Positions 46,499 to 56,671 are shown, counted from the first letter of the stretch. The stretch: 64,000 nucleotides of DNA from Spirochaetales bacterium (GCA_012838895.1 DUOJ01000112.1:5398-69397), one strand, 5' to 3'. The notes: generated by a model from the letters alone, not told the origin. A program made the numbers and translations.

Positions 46499-47800
46499 AT
46501 GGAGTTTTTAGCAACCTTCCGCAAAGGTGGAGTCCATCCAAAAGATAAGAAAGAGTTAGCCAATCGACAACCAATTGAACCTTTCACTGCGGTTAGTGAG
46601 TTAATTGTCCCCCTCTCCCAACATACCGGTTCACCCGCCAAGCCCCTAAAGGCTAAAGGTGATGTGGTGGTGGCAGGGGAGAAGATAGGGGAGTCGACCA
46701 GCTTCATTAGTGCCAATATCCACTCTCCCGTCAATGGCACTATTAGTGATATAAAAAAGATAACCTTAGCCAACAGCGTTATCAGTGACGCCTTCGTAAT
46801 CACCGTCGATAGTGAAAACCCCTTTGGTAAGTGGTCGTTGCAGGAGAGAAAAGAGTACACCGGTGCTGAACTGCTCAACCTTGTAAAGGAGATGGGCATT
46901 GTCGGGGCTGGAGGGGCTGCCTTCCCTACCCACGTTAAACTCTCCATTCCCCGAGGTAAGAAAGTTAACGACCTTGTAATCAACGGGGTGGAGTGTGAAC
47001 CCTATTTGACAAGTGACCACCGCTTGATGTTAGAGCGGGGGGAGGAGATTTTAGAAGGGATTCTCTATGTTGCTAAAATCGTCAATCCCCAAAAGATTAC
47101 CATTGGGATTGAGAACAATAAGCGGGACGCTATAGACAACTTGCGTCAGATTATTGAAGAGAAGGGGCACCCTATTGAGATAGTCCCTCTCAAAGTTAAA
47201 TACCCCCAAGGTGATGAAAAACAACTCCTCAAAGCGATAATTAAGAGAGAGGTCCCCTCTGGGAAACTCCCCCTCGACGTTGGGGCAGTTGTGGTCAACA
47301 TCGGTACTGCTTTTGCCATCTGGGAGGCAGTAGCCCTCAATAAGCCTTTTATTGAGAGAGTCGTCACCCTCAGCGGAGAGAGTATTAAAGATAAGAAGAA
47401 CCTCTTAGTCCCCATAGGGACCAAGGTAGAAGATTTACTAAAGTTAACCGCGTGTGAAGAGACAGATAACTATATTGCCGGTGGACCGATGATGGGCTTC
47501 GCCTTTTGGGATACCACAACCCCTATCACCAAAGGGACCAGCGGTATATTGGCCTTAGCCCCCTCCAAAAAAGGGAGGGTTACAACCCCCTGCATCTCGT
47601 GTGGGCGCTGTATAACAGCTTGCCCAATGGGGTTACAACCAACCAAGCTCTACCGCTTAATTGACCATGGTCAATACGAGGTCGCTATGGCCAACCATTT
47701 GATGGATTGTAAAGAGTGTGGCTGCTGTGCCTATGTCTGTCCAGCCAATTTACCACTTGTGCACGCTATGAAGCTTGGCAAAAGAGTAGGGAGGAAGTAA
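46499..47800 (+). CDS. rnfC: Rnf electron-transport complex subunit C
   Basis: MEFLATFRKGGVHP, nucleotide site GAGGAAFPT, and two ferredoxin-type clusters CISCGRCITACP and CKECGCCAYVCP. Confidence 0.9.
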   Translation: MEFLATFRKGGVHPKDKKELANRQPIEPFTAVSELIVPLSQHTGSPAKPLKAKGDVVVAGEKIGESTSFISANIHSPVNGTISDIKKITLANSVISDAFVITVDSENPFGKWSLQERKEYTGAELLNLVKEMGIVGAGGAAFPTHVKLSIPRGKKVNDLVINGVECEPYLTSDHRLMLERGEEILEGILYVAKIVNPQKITIGIENNKRDAIDNLRQIIEEKGHPIEIVPLKVKYPQGDEKQLLKAIIKREVPSGKLPLDVGAVVVNIGTAFAIWEAVALNKPFIERVVTLSGESIKDKKNLLVPIGTKVEDLLKLTACEETDNYIAGGPMMGFAFWDTTTPITKGTSGILALAPSKKGRVTTPCISCGRCITACPMGLQPTKLYRLIDHGQYEVAMANHLMDCKECGCCAYVCPANLPLVHAMKLGKRVGRK

Positions 47801-48892
47801 ATGGAGAGTCCAAAATTTGTTTTATCTTCATCGCCCCATCTCCACGGTAAGGGGTCAACCTCTTCAATTATGTGGGATGTTTCGATTGCTTTAACACCAG
47901 CAGCTTTGTGGGGAGTCTACCTCTTTGGGTGGCGCGCCCTTTTACTGCTAGTTGTTTCGATTGCCACCTCAATGGGGGTTGAGTATCTCCTCAACTTAAA
48001 GCGAGGCGCTTCAACCCTCGCCGATGGGTCGGCCTTTCTAACAGGTCTCTTAATTGGGATGAACTTCAGTGTCGATACGGCCATTGTGGTCCCCATTGTA
48101 GCTGCCGCCTTTGCCATCTTCGTCGTTAAGTGGACTTTTGGTGGACTGGGGGCCAACTGGATTAACCCAGCTCTGGCGGGGAGGGCCTTTGTCTTCTTCT
48201 CCTTCACCAACTTAATGAACACCTACCGCCTCCCGCGAACCCTTAAGGGGGTTGATGCTTTTTCATCAGCCTCATTCTTAACCGAGATTAAGGGGTTAAT
48301 TGGGGAGGGGACGGTCATGGGGATGAAGAGTCCCTCAATCTTGGCGAGTATCAACTACCCCTACACCCAATTTGCCGGTAAAGTTAGTGGCGCCCTAACT
48401 AAGGTCTTTAAAATTGGCCCCTCGCCCTACACCGTTGATGCCTTCTTTGGGAATATGGCGGGGACTATTGGCGAGGTTTCAGCTTTCCTCCTCTTAATTG
48501 GGGCAATCTATCTTTTAGTTAAAAAGATTATTACTTGGCACATCCCGGTCGCCTTTCTAGGCACCTTTAGTCTCCTAGCTTGGACCTTTGGTGGACTGAG
48601 AAACGGCTTAGGATTCTTCCAAGGCGATTTTGTCCTTCAACTCCTCAGTGGGGGGATGATTTTGGGCGCCTTCTTTATGGCGACCGATATGGTGACCAGC
48701 CCTATAACTAACAAAGGGAGGATAATCTTTGGTGTGGGGGTGGGGTTCTTCACCTTCCTCCTACGCTACTACGGATCTCTCCCTGAATCGGTCTCTTTGG
48801 CCATTATTTTGATGAATATCTTTGTGCCAACAATCGATCGCTTTATTAAAGTGAAGCCCTTTGGAGAGGTTGTTAAGGAGGCGAAGAGATGA
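47801..48892 (+). CDS. rnfD: Rnf complex subunit D
   Basis: Polytopic membrane protein of the NqrB/RnfD type, with the FMN-attachment region GAFFMATDMVTSP. Confidence 0.9.
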   Translation: MESPKFVLSSSPHLHGKGSTSSIMWDVSIALTPAALWGVYLFGWRALLLLVVSIATSMGVEYLLNLKRGASTLADGSAFLTGLLIGMNFSVDTAIVVPIVAAAFAIFVVKWTFGGLGANWINPALAGRAFVFFSFTNLMNTYRLPRTLKGVDAFSSASFLTEIKGLIGEGTVMGMKSPSILASINYPYTQFAGKVSGALTKVFKIGPSPYTVDAFFGNMAGTIGEVSAFLLLIGAIYLLVKKIITWHIPVAFLGTFSLLAWTFGGLRNGLGFFQGDFVLQLLSGGMILGAFFMATDMVTSPITNKGRIIFGVGVGFFTFLLRYYGSLPESVSLAIILMNIFVPTIDRFIKVKPFGEVVKEAKR

Positions 48893-49443
48893 AACAGATG
48901 GTAAAAGTTGGCCTAATTCTGGCTCTCCTCGCCTCAGTGGCTGCTACCACCTTGGCGGTGGTTAACGCGGTTACAGCCCCCAAAATTGCCCTCTATGAGG
49001 CACAGGTGGTTGCAGAGGCCCTTAAGACTGTCGCTGGTCCTTACCAAATAGGAGAGAGTCTAGAGATTAGTGACTCTACAGTTTCTACTCTCTATTCGCT
49101 CCTTGATGAGGGTCAAAAATCTGTGGGTTATATTGTTCAACTCACCGGCGTTGGTTATGGCGGGGAGATGATGATGATGGTGAGTTACCTCAATAATGGT
49201 GAAGTTATCGATGCGCGTCTTCTGGCTAATAGCGAAACTCCCGGTTTAGGCAAGAAAGCAGAAATCCCCTCCTATATGGAGAAGTTTATTGGAACTGGGG
49301 GGACAAATAGCGTTCCTCAAAGCAAGGGAGAGCTTTCCAAAGAGGAGGCTGACGCAGTTAGTGGTTCCTCGGTCACCTTTGCCGGGGTGGCTAAAACAGT
49401 TGCTTACGGCTCCAATTTAGTTAAATCTTTGGGAGGCAAGTAA
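48889..49443 (+). CDS. rnfG: Rnf complex subunit G
   Basis: Single N-terminal TM helix, an FMN-binding domain with GYGGEMMMMV, and a covalent-FMN motif-like SGSSVT. Confidence 0.85.
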   Translation: MKQMVKVGLILALLASVAATTLAVVNAVTAPKIALYEAQVVAEALKTVAGPYQIGESLEISDSTVSTLYSLLDEGQKSVGYIVQLTGVGYGGEMMMMVSYLNNGEVIDARLLANSETPGLGKKAEIPSYMEKFIGTGGTNSVPQSKGELSKEEADAVSGSSVTFAGVAKTVAYGSNLVKSLGGK

Positions 49444-50075
49444 TGGCTCAAAGTAAAAAAGAGATTTTAACCAAAGGGTTCTTTAAGGAGAACCCGGTCT
49501 TCATAATCATGTTGGGCTTGTGTCCAGCTCTCGGAGTGTCAACCCAAGTTATTAACGGTTTAGGAATGGGGGTGGGGGTAATATTTGTCCTAGTCTTCTC
49601 CAACATCTTTATTTCACTTTTGAAGAATATAATTCCCCCTTCGGTACGCATTCCCGCCTATATTGTAATAATTGCCGCCTTTGTGACAATTGTTGAGATG
49701 GTGATGCACGCCTACGCCCCTGCAATCTACCAAGCTTTGGGGATATACCTCCCCCTAATCGTGGTCAACTGTATTATCTTGGGGCGGGCTGAAGCGTTTG
49801 CCAACCGTAACAGTGTTTTTGACTCGTTCCTCGATGGCATTGGAATGGGGGTGGGGTTCACCTTAGCCTTAACCATGATTGCCCTGATTCGCGAGGTGTT
49901 TGGAGCGGGGACAATCACTCTAATCTCTATTGGCAACTTCTCCGGAGTTATAAAAATTCCTCTCCTCTATAAGTATCCGGTAAGGATAATGACTTTGGCA
50001 GCAGGTGCACTTCTTTTAATGGGTTATCTAAAAGCCTTCTTTGGCTACCTAGAGAAGAGAAAGGGGGTAAACTAA
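49443..50075 (+). CDS. rnfE: Rnf complex subunit E
   Basis: NPVFIIMLGLCPALGV and YLPLIVVNCIILGRAEAFA are the NqrD/RnfE pattern. Confidence 0.9.
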   Translation: MAQSKKEILTKGFFKENPVFIIMLGLCPALGVSTQVINGLGMGVGVIFVLVFSNIFISLLKNIIPPSVRIPAYIVIIAAFVTIVEMVMHAYAPAIYQALGIYLPLIVVNCIILGRAEAFANRNSVFDSFLDGIGMGVGFTLALTMIALIREVFGAGTITLISIGNFSGVIKIPLLYKYPVRIMTLAAGALLLMGYLKAFFGYLEKRKGVN

Positions 50076-50666
50076 ATGTCATATGTAGCAATATTTATCA
50101 CCTATATTTTTGTTAATAACTTTATCTTGACCCAATTCATGGGGCTTTGTCCCTTTATTGGGGTCTCAAAGAATAGTGAATCGGCCATAGGGATGGGGAT
50201 GGCGGTAACCTTCGTTATGGGGATTGCTTCAATTATGACCTACCTCGTCTACACCTTTGTTTTAGTCCCCCTTAACTTAGTCTACCTCCAAACACTTACT
50301 TTCATTTTGGTAATTGCTGCCCTGGTCCAGTTTGTTGAGATGATTATCCAAAAGAACTCACCGGCCCTCTACCAAGCACTTGGGATCTACCTCCCTCTGA
50401 TTACTACCAACTGCGCTGTTTTAGGGATAGCAATTCTCAACATCACTGAGGGGTACAACTTAATGCAGAGCTTTTGTGCCGGGACTGCCGGTGGCATTGG
50501 GTTCACCCTAGCCTTAATATTGATGAGTAACATTCGGGAGCGAATGGAACTACAACCGGTTCCCAAGGTTTTCAAGGGGGTCCCCATCGCCTTTATATCG
50601 GGGGGGCTTATGGCTCTCGCCTTTATGGCCTTTGATAAAGCACTCTTAATCAATCTTTTGGGGTAA
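50076..50666 (+). CDS. rnfA: Rnf complex subunit A
   Basis: NNFILTQFMGLCPFIGVS and YLPLITTNCAVLG are the NqrE/RnfA pattern. Confidence 0.9.
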   Translation: MSYVAIFITYIFVNNFILTQFMGLCPFIGVSKNSESAIGMGMAVTFVMGIASIMTYLVYTFVLVPLNLVYLQTLTFILVIAALVQFVEMIIQKNSPALYQALGIYLPLITTNCAVLGIAILNITEGYNLMQSFCAGTAGGIGFTLALILMSNIRERMELQPVPKVFKGVPIAFISGGLMALAFMAFDKALLINLLG

Positions 50667-50673
50667 TCTGAAT

Positions 50674-51477
50674 ATGAATATACTGTTTGCATTTTTAATT
50701 ATTGCGACCCTTAGCCTCATCTTAGGGCTAGGGTTAGCTTTTGCTGCTAAGAAATTTGCTGTCGAGACCGATGAGCGAGCTGACGAGATTTTAGCGGTTC
50801 TACCGGGGGCTAACTGTGGCGCGTGTGGCTTTCCCGGCTGTAGTGGTTATGCTAATGCCCTCTCAGCTGGGACAGCGGAGAATGGGCTATGCCCTCCGGG
50901 GGGAGTCAAGGTTAGAGAACTGGTCGCCTCAATTTTGGGGGTTGCCTCCGATGGGGGAGGAGCTGGTGAGAAAATGGTTGCCTTCGTCCACTGTCGAGGT
51001 AATAATGAGTTAACCAAGCGCGACTTTGTCTATGAGGGGATTGAGGATTGCAATGCGGCCCACCTCATCCACCAAGGGGATGTGGCTTGTAAATATGGGT
51101 GTCTCCACCTCGGTTCGTGTATCAAGGTTTGCCCTACTCAAGCCATTAGTCGCGATGATTTAGGGAATGTAGTAGTCGACCCGGAACTCTGTATTGGGTG
51201 TCTCAAGTGTACCCTTGTTTGTCCTACCCAGGTAATTAAGATGATTCCCTATCGGGGAAGTCATGCCATTGCCTGTAACAGTCTCGACTCGGGGGGTGTT
51301 GTGCGAAAGATTTGCAGTGTGGGGTGTATTGGGTGTAAGATTTGTGAAAGGAAGTATCCCGAGTCGGGGTGTGTCGTCCCCAATTTCTTGGCTACTATCG
51401 ATTACAGTCGTGAGATGGCCCAAATTGGTGAGGCTGCGGAGGCTTGCCCCACAAAATGTATAGTGAAAGCAAGGTAG
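50674..51477 (+). CDS. rnfB: Rnf complex subunit B (polyferredoxin)
   Basis: N-terminal TM anchor, CGACGFPGCSGYA cluster, and several CxxCxxCxxxCP ferredoxin motifs (CIGCLKCTLVCP, CIGCKICERK). Confidence 0.9.
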   Translation: MNILFAFLIIATLSLILGLGLAFAAKKFAVETDERADEILAVLPGANCGACGFPGCSGYANALSAGTAENGLCPPGGVKVRELVASILGVASDGGGAGEKMVAFVHCRGNNELTKRDFVYEGIEDCNAAHLIHQGDVACKYGCLHLGSCIKVCPTQAISRDDLGNVVVDPELCIGCLKCTLVCPTQVIKMIPYRGSHAIACNSLDSGGVVRKICSVGCIGCKICERKYPESGCVVPNFLATIDYSREMAQIGEAAEACPTKCIVKAR

Positions 51478-51481
51478 GTGA

Positions 51482-53437
51482 ATGACCTTAGTTTTAGGCG
51501 CTTATAGTCAACTCTCTTCAGGAACCCCCCTCGATGTTTTAGAGAGGGCCTTAAGTGAGGTCTATAAACCGCTCCTCACCTATATCTACAACAACCCAGA
51601 ACTAAAGGTCCACCTCTACCTCCCCGGTCCAATTTATGAGTGGTTTGAGCTTTCCCACCCTGAGATGAATATGTTGATTGGAGATTTGGTGAAAAAAGAG
51701 CAACTCGAGCTCTTAACTGGCTCCTACCAACAAGCTCTCCTGCATACCGTTCAGGGGAAAGACCGCTCAGGACAACTTGAAGCTACCACCACTATTATCC
51801 GTAAACGCTTTGGTAAGCGCTCCCGTTCAGCTTGGTTCTTTAACCAGATTTGGACTCCCACCTACGTCTCAGCGATGCACTTGGGGATGCTGGACCGCCT
51901 TGTCATCTCAGGTTACGACCGCCTCCACGACCTCCATGTCGCTTTAGAGCCCTTCACCATGCAAGAGTTGGGGAAGACGATTGAGGTCTTTGTCTCCAAT
52001 GATGGGGTGAACAATCTAATTGCCAACCTACGTAGTGGTGAGGTTGAACTAAAAGAGTTTACTGAAGAGCTTGAGGCGCTCCAGTTTGACACCTCTAGCC
52101 GTTACCACACCCTTATGGTTAACCTTGACGACCTGCTCCAAGCCACTGCCCTTAAGCCCTCTTTGCCATCCCCGATTGAACTCTTTACCCAAATCCTTGA
52201 GAGTTGCTTTGCTAAGATTGGAGGGAGTAGTGAACTCCTTACAGCTATCCCGGTTGGATCGATAAAAGAGCGGGGCTATTTGGGCGCCTCGTGGTATGGA
52301 AGAGACTCTTCGCTGGTCGATATCAACGCCTTTAACGAGGTCTTAATTAAATATGAGGAGCTGAACCACCTCTATGGGCGACTCCTCTACCTTGTCAACT
52401 TAAATAGGATATTTAGGAAAAACAAAGATATTAAGAAGAGGGTCAATTCCCTCCTCTTAAAGGCTGCCAGTGGCGCCCCTTTTGTCCTCGACTCATCAGG
52501 GGGGTGCTACCGCCGTAGCTACCGCTCCTATGTCTACCGCCACCTCAATGAAGCTGAGAAGTTGCTCAACAACTACGAAGAGATTCCCTATCCGCGTTCG
52601 GTCGACCTCGATTACGATGGGGTAGAGGAGTTGGTCTGGGTCGGCAAGAATATTGGAGTTGTAGTCGACCCTGTCGGAGGGGCCTTGAGTGAGATTAACT
52701 TTCTCCCCACCGGTTGGAACTACGGTAACACCTTTTGTGGCTATGGGGCAGAGGCCAACCGCCTCTCACTCCACTCACTCCAAGATGGCTCATTTCAGCG
52801 CTCATTTTCCGATGTTTTTTTAGCTGCGGACACTAAACTTGGGGAGTATGGTAAGGGGTTGAGTCGCCTCGTCTTCGATACCGCCTCCTACAACTACACC
52901 CTTGAGGTCGATTCAAAAAATAGTAACGAAATCTATGCAACTAACCTCTTTAAAAATCTCCCCTTCAACTTGGGGGAGCTTGAGGTTAAGAAGCACTTTA
53001 TCTTTAGAAGCCAAACAATTATTACCACCTTTACCCTTTGTAACAGAGGAAAGCGCCCCTCTAAGGGGATTTTTGGAAGTGAACTTAATCTAGCGATTGG
53101 GATGAAGGAGGGACCCCTCTCTTTCTATACCATTGAGAAGAATCGGAATCGCGGACTAGTTGAGGGGCATCTTGTGGCCCCCAACCTTAAAAATGTGCGC
53201 GTCAGTGACGATTTAAACCGCACCATTATCTCAATCGCCTCTGATAGTCGCTTCGATTTAATTAAAGACGACTTTTGGGTGCGCCTGCCAACCGTAATGG
53301 GGATGGAGGAGCTCTATAGCCACACCCTCCTTCTTCCTTTGTGGGAGTTTAATTTAGCCCCCGGTGAAGAGGTGCGGTGGACTTTGGCATTTAGAATTGA
53401 GCGGCGTGCAAAGCGCCCTAGCAAGGAGAGAGAATAG
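51482..53437 (+). CDS. GH57-family-like protein, apparently lacking the catalytic nucleophile
   Basis: Collinear with the GH57 conserved regions as I recall them from the T. litoralis enzyme. HQHQP becomes AYSQL (res ~7-11) and GQLEIV becomes EQLELL (72-77). WLTERVW becomes WFFNQIW (118-124), which puts Asn at the nucleophile Glu position. HDDGEKFG may correspond to SNDGVNNL. Confidence 0.6.
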   Translation: MTLVLGAYSQLSSGTPLDVLERALSEVYKPLLTYIYNNPELKVHLYLPGPIYEWFELSHPEMNMLIGDLVKKEQLELLTGSYQQALLHTVQGKDRSGQLEATTTIIRKRFGKRSRSAWFFNQIWTPTYVSAMHLGMLDRLVISGYDRLHDLHVALEPFTMQELGKTIEVFVSNDGVNNLIANLRSGEVELKEFTEELEALQFDTSSRYHTLMVNLDDLLQATALKPSLPSPIELFTQILESCFAKIGGSSELLTAIPVGSIKERGYLGASWYGRDSSLVDINAFNEVLIKYEELNHLYGRLLYLVNLNRIFRKNKDIKKRVNSLLLKAASGAPFVLDSSGGCYRRSYRSYVYRHLNEAEKLLNNYEEIPYPRSVDLDYDGVEELVWVGKNIGVVVDPVGGALSEINFLPTGWNYGNTFCGYGAEANRLSLHSLQDGSFQRSFSDVFLAADTKLGEYGKGLSRLVFDTASYNYTLEVDSKNSNEIYATNLFKNLPFNLGELEVKKHFIFRSQTIITTFTLCNRGKRPSKGIFGSELNLAIGMKEGPLSFYTIEKNRNRGLVEGHLVAPNLKNVRVSDDLNRTIISIASDSRFDLIKDDFWVRLPTVMGMEELYSHTLLLPLWEFNLAPGEEVRWTLAFRIERRAKRPSKERE

Positions 53438-54535
53438 TGGATATTGAGAATTTACAACAATTTGAGGAGATAAAAGAGGAAGCTTACGATGTTTGGAGGC
53501 GTCTTTGACCCTCCTAAATTGGCCGCTGAAATTGAAACTCTCGAAAATGAGACCTTAGCTCCCAGTTTCTGGGATGACCGGGGAGGGGCTGAAGCCCACT
53601 TTAATCGACTCTCTGTTCTTAAAGAGACCCTAAATCCTTGGCGCGACCTTATAGCCTCAATTGATGAGCTAGGGGAGCTGTTGGAGCTCTATAGCGGAGA
53701 AGATGACCCCTCCATTATTGGAGAGGTTGAACAACAAATCGGTGCTCTCGATAAAACCTTTCAGGCTCTGCGCCTCAAGATCCTCCTCTCTGGAAAGCAC
53801 GACCGCGATGATTGTTTCTTAACAATCCACGCTGGTGCCGGGGGGACTGAAGCGTGTGATTGGGCCCAGATGTTGATGCGGATGTATATCCGCTACTGTG
53901 AGGGGAATGACTATAAGGTCAATATTGTCGACCTCTTAGAGGCTGAGGGGGGGGTTAAGTCGGCTACTCTGCAGATAACAGGACCTTACGCATACGGCTA
54001 CCTCCAAGGGGAGACAGGGGTCCATCGTCTGGTGAGAATTAGCCCCTTTGATTCCAATAAGCGGCGCCACACTTCGTTCACTTCGATCTATGTCACCCCC
54101 GATATCGATAACGACATTGAGGTTGAAATCGACCCCAGTGACCTTAGAATCGACACCTACCGCTCCGGCGGAGCAGGGGGACAACACGTTAATAAAACCG
54201 ACTCAGCGGTGAGAATTACCCACCTAAAAACTGGAATAGTAGTTGCTTGTCAAAATGAGCGGAGTCAACATATGAATAAGGCTTTGGCGATGAAAGTTTT
54301 AAAGAGTCGCCTCTATGAGTATTACCGTCTAGAGCAGGCTGAACAACAAGCTAAAGAGGCCAAAGAGAAGCGCGAGATTAGTTGGGGGAACCAAATCCGC
54401 TCCTACGTCTTTCAACCCTACACCATGGTGAAAGATCACCGCACCAATTTTCAAATGGGGAATATTCAAGCGGTAATGGATGGAGAGATTACCCCCTTCA
54501 TCGAAGCGTTCCTTAGATGGCAGGCAGAGAGGTAG
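53437..54535 (+). CDS. prfB: Peptide chain release factor 2, requiring programmed +1 frameshift: join(53437..53505,53507..54535)
   Basis: Frame 0 runs GTG 53437 VDIENLQQFEEIKEEAYDVWRRL to an in-frame TGA at 53506-08. The +1 frame continues DPPKLAAEIETLE... and carries the SPF (RISPFDS) and GGQ (GAGGQHVNKT) motifs. Confidence 0.9.
53495..53509 (+). promoter_or_regulatory. prfB autoregulatory +1 frameshift site
   Basis: GGAGG (internal SD-like, 53495-99), 3-nt spacer, then CTT TGA C (53503-09). This has the same architecture as the E. coli prfB site (SD-like, spacer, CUU UGA C). Confidence 0.85.
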
Positions 54536-54538
54536 GGG

Positions 54539-55780
54539 ATGGGTATAAAACGGGTAGGATTGACTATTTTAGCCCTATTACTCTTTTTCCCTCTAATGGG
54601 AGCCCCTTCTTTAAGGGTGGGTTACCTCCCAACTATAGCGGCTAATATTGAGAGTCCAATTGGTGAGCAGCTCTTTGCCTTCGCCACCAATGCCCTGTCG
54701 CAAATAGCGTGTGAAGAGAGTTTTAGAGAAAAGATTGAGGAGCGTCTAAATCGTCAAGAGTACCTTAAGTACCTCGAAGAGGCCCATAAACAGATTGCCA
54801 AAGGGGATGGACAAACTCCCCAAGGGGAGTATGAGCCGTTAGTGGTTGAGTTTGAAGAGACGATAGCAGGGGAGTGGATCTATCTTAAATTGCCTTTTGA
54901 GCTCATTAAGGGGGTAGAGGGGGGAGAGGCTATTTTAATCGACTACATTTTAAGTAGCAACGCCCTTGATACCCTCCTCATCTTTAAAATTGAGCGCCTC
55001 GACCGCTTCTATCGATTACGCTTAATCCTTCTAGACGAACTCCTTTATGATGCAATAGTTGAGCCCCAAGAGCTCTCAACCCTTACGGGGGACCTTTTTA
55101 TAACGCTACTGAATCGCCTTGTCGACCCTAAAATCGCCCTTTTAGGGGTAGAAGGTCTCTCCTCAACGATCTCCTTGACAATTGATGGAGAGAAAAGAGA
55201 CTCTTACGACAGGTTTATCCCCCTTGTGGAGGGTGATTATATGGTTCGAGGGGTAGCCCCTGGGTACCTTCCCCTTGAGAAAAAAGTTACTTTAGAGGCA
55301 GGCTCAATTAACCCCTTTACGCTAACTCTTGAAGCGATTGACCCTACACCTCTTTTATTAACCTCTATTACAGGAAGTCCAACTGTCCAAATTAGTGACG
55401 GTTTAGTCGCCTCTTTGCCCCTTGTCTGGCCCAACCAAAGGCCCCCCTACACCCTTTACGCCACCCAAGAGGGGCGCCTGCCCCTTGTAAAACAGGTTGG
55501 TACTGCTGTGGGTGAGATTGAGATTAACTTGAACCCCCTTTGGATGGAGCAAGGGGTAATAATTCGTAGCTCACAAAATAAGTTTTACCAGGCATTAGGG
55601 AGGAGTTTAATCCTTGCCGGTGGGACCATCTTGGTCGACACTTTAAGTCGCACCTTCTCCCAGCAACCTTTGTGGCAACCCCTAGTTTGGGCGACATTAG
55701 GGGCCTTTGCCCTATCGACTTTTGATGCTTCTTACCAATTATTTGCATATTACCAAAAAACGAAGTATAGTTCCCAATAG
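54539..55780 (+). CDS. Hypothetical exported/membrane protein with PEGA-like beta-domain
   Basis: Signal peptide (LTILALLLFFPLMGAP). A PEGA-like segment (DYMVRGVAPGYLPLEKKVTLEAG). C-terminal hydrophobic helices. Confidence 0.55.
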   Translation: MGIKRVGLTILALLLFFPLMGAPSLRVGYLPTIAANIESPIGEQLFAFATNALSQIACEESFREKIEERLNRQEYLKYLEEAHKQIAKGDGQTPQGEYEPLVVEFEETIAGEWIYLKLPFELIKGVEGGEAILIDYILSSNALDTLLIFKIERLDRFYRLRLILLDELLYDAIVEPQELSTLTGDLFITLLNRLVDPKIALLGVEGLSSTISLTIDGEKRDSYDRFIPLVEGDYMVRGVAPGYLPLEKKVTLEAGSINPFTLTLEAIDPTPLLLTSITGSPTVQISDGLVASLPLVWPNQRPPYTLYATQEGRLPLVKQVGTAVGEIEINLNPLWMEQGVIIRSSQNKFYQALGRSLILAGGTILVDTLSRTFSQQPLWQPLVWATLGAFALSTFDASYQLFAYYQKTKYSSQ

Positions 55781-55798
55781 TTTAGATAAGGAAGAGCG

Positions 55799-56671
55799 AT
55801 GAAGAAAACCTTTGGAGCCAAATTAAAAGCTTTTTTCAAAATACCAACATTCAATGAACAGTTCTTTGAAGAGTTTGAAGATATGTTAATTGAGGGCGAT
55901 TTAGGGGCACGTACCGCTATGGAGATCTCCGATGCGGTGAGGGAGAGAGCTAAAGAGGAGAAGAAGAGCTCTGCCGTTGAGATTCAAAACCTCGTTAAAG
56001 AGGTGTTAAGGGGTAAAATTGAGGCCTATGAGCCCACCTTAATAGAGGGAGAAACCAACCTTTTTCTAATTTTAGGGGTCAATGGGGTGGGAAAAACAAC
56101 GACCATTGCCAAAATGGCCACCTATTACCAAAATATGGGTAAATCGGTTCTCCTTTCAGCTAGTGATACTTTCAGGGCTGCCGCTATTGACCAATTGGAC
56201 CTCCACGCCCAACGTACCGGAACGCGGATTGTGAAGCAGGGGCACGGAGCCGACCCCGGAGCTGTAATATTTGATGCAATTCAAAGTGGTGTTGCTCGAA
56301 AAGATGACCTTATCTTGGCCGACACTGCCGGAAGGATGCACACTAAAGATAACCTCCTTAGGGAGTTGCAAAAAATAGACAAGGTGATTACCTCACGCCT
56401 TCCCAAGGGGGGTAATTACAAACGATTTCTGGTAATCGACGCCACTACCGGACAAAATGGGGTCTCCCAAACTGAACTATTCAATCAGGCAATTGGGATT
56501 GATGCCATAATCTTAACTAAATACGACTCCCAAGCTAAAGGGGGGTCTTTAATCCAAATCGGAGAGAGGTTCTCTATCCCTATTGCACTAGTAGGTACTG
56601 GTGAGAAATATGGGGATTTAGAGCTCTTTGACAAAGAGAAATTTCTCAATACCCTCGTTGGAATAGAGTGA
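55799..56671 (+). CDS. ftsY: Signal recognition particle receptor FtsY (short form, NG domain only)
   Basis: GVNGVGKTTTIAKMA, ADTAGRMHT and TKYDSQAKGG; 290 aa. Confidence 0.95.
   Translation: MKKTFGAKLKAFFKIPTFNEQFFEEFEDMLIEGDLGARTAMEISDAVRERAKEEKKSSAVEIQNLVKEVLRGKIEAYEPTLIEGETNLFLILGVNGVGKTTTIAKMATYYQNMGKSVLLSASDTFRAAAIDQLDLHAQRTGTRIVKQGHGADPGAVIFDAIQSGVARKDDLILADTAGRMHTKDNLLRELQKIDKVITSRLPKGGNYKRFLVIDATTGQNGVSQTELFNQAIGIDAIILTKYDSQAKGGSLIQIGERFSIPIALVGTGEKYGDLELFDKEKFLNTLVGIE

Noticed and set aside
46450-46983. 177-aa minus-strand ORF overlapping the rnfC 5' region
   Set aside because: It is fully antisense to the well-supported RnfC N-terminus and has low-complexity S/L/P/T composition. 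It has no RBS and ends in the intergenic hairpin. It is most likely a compositional artefact.
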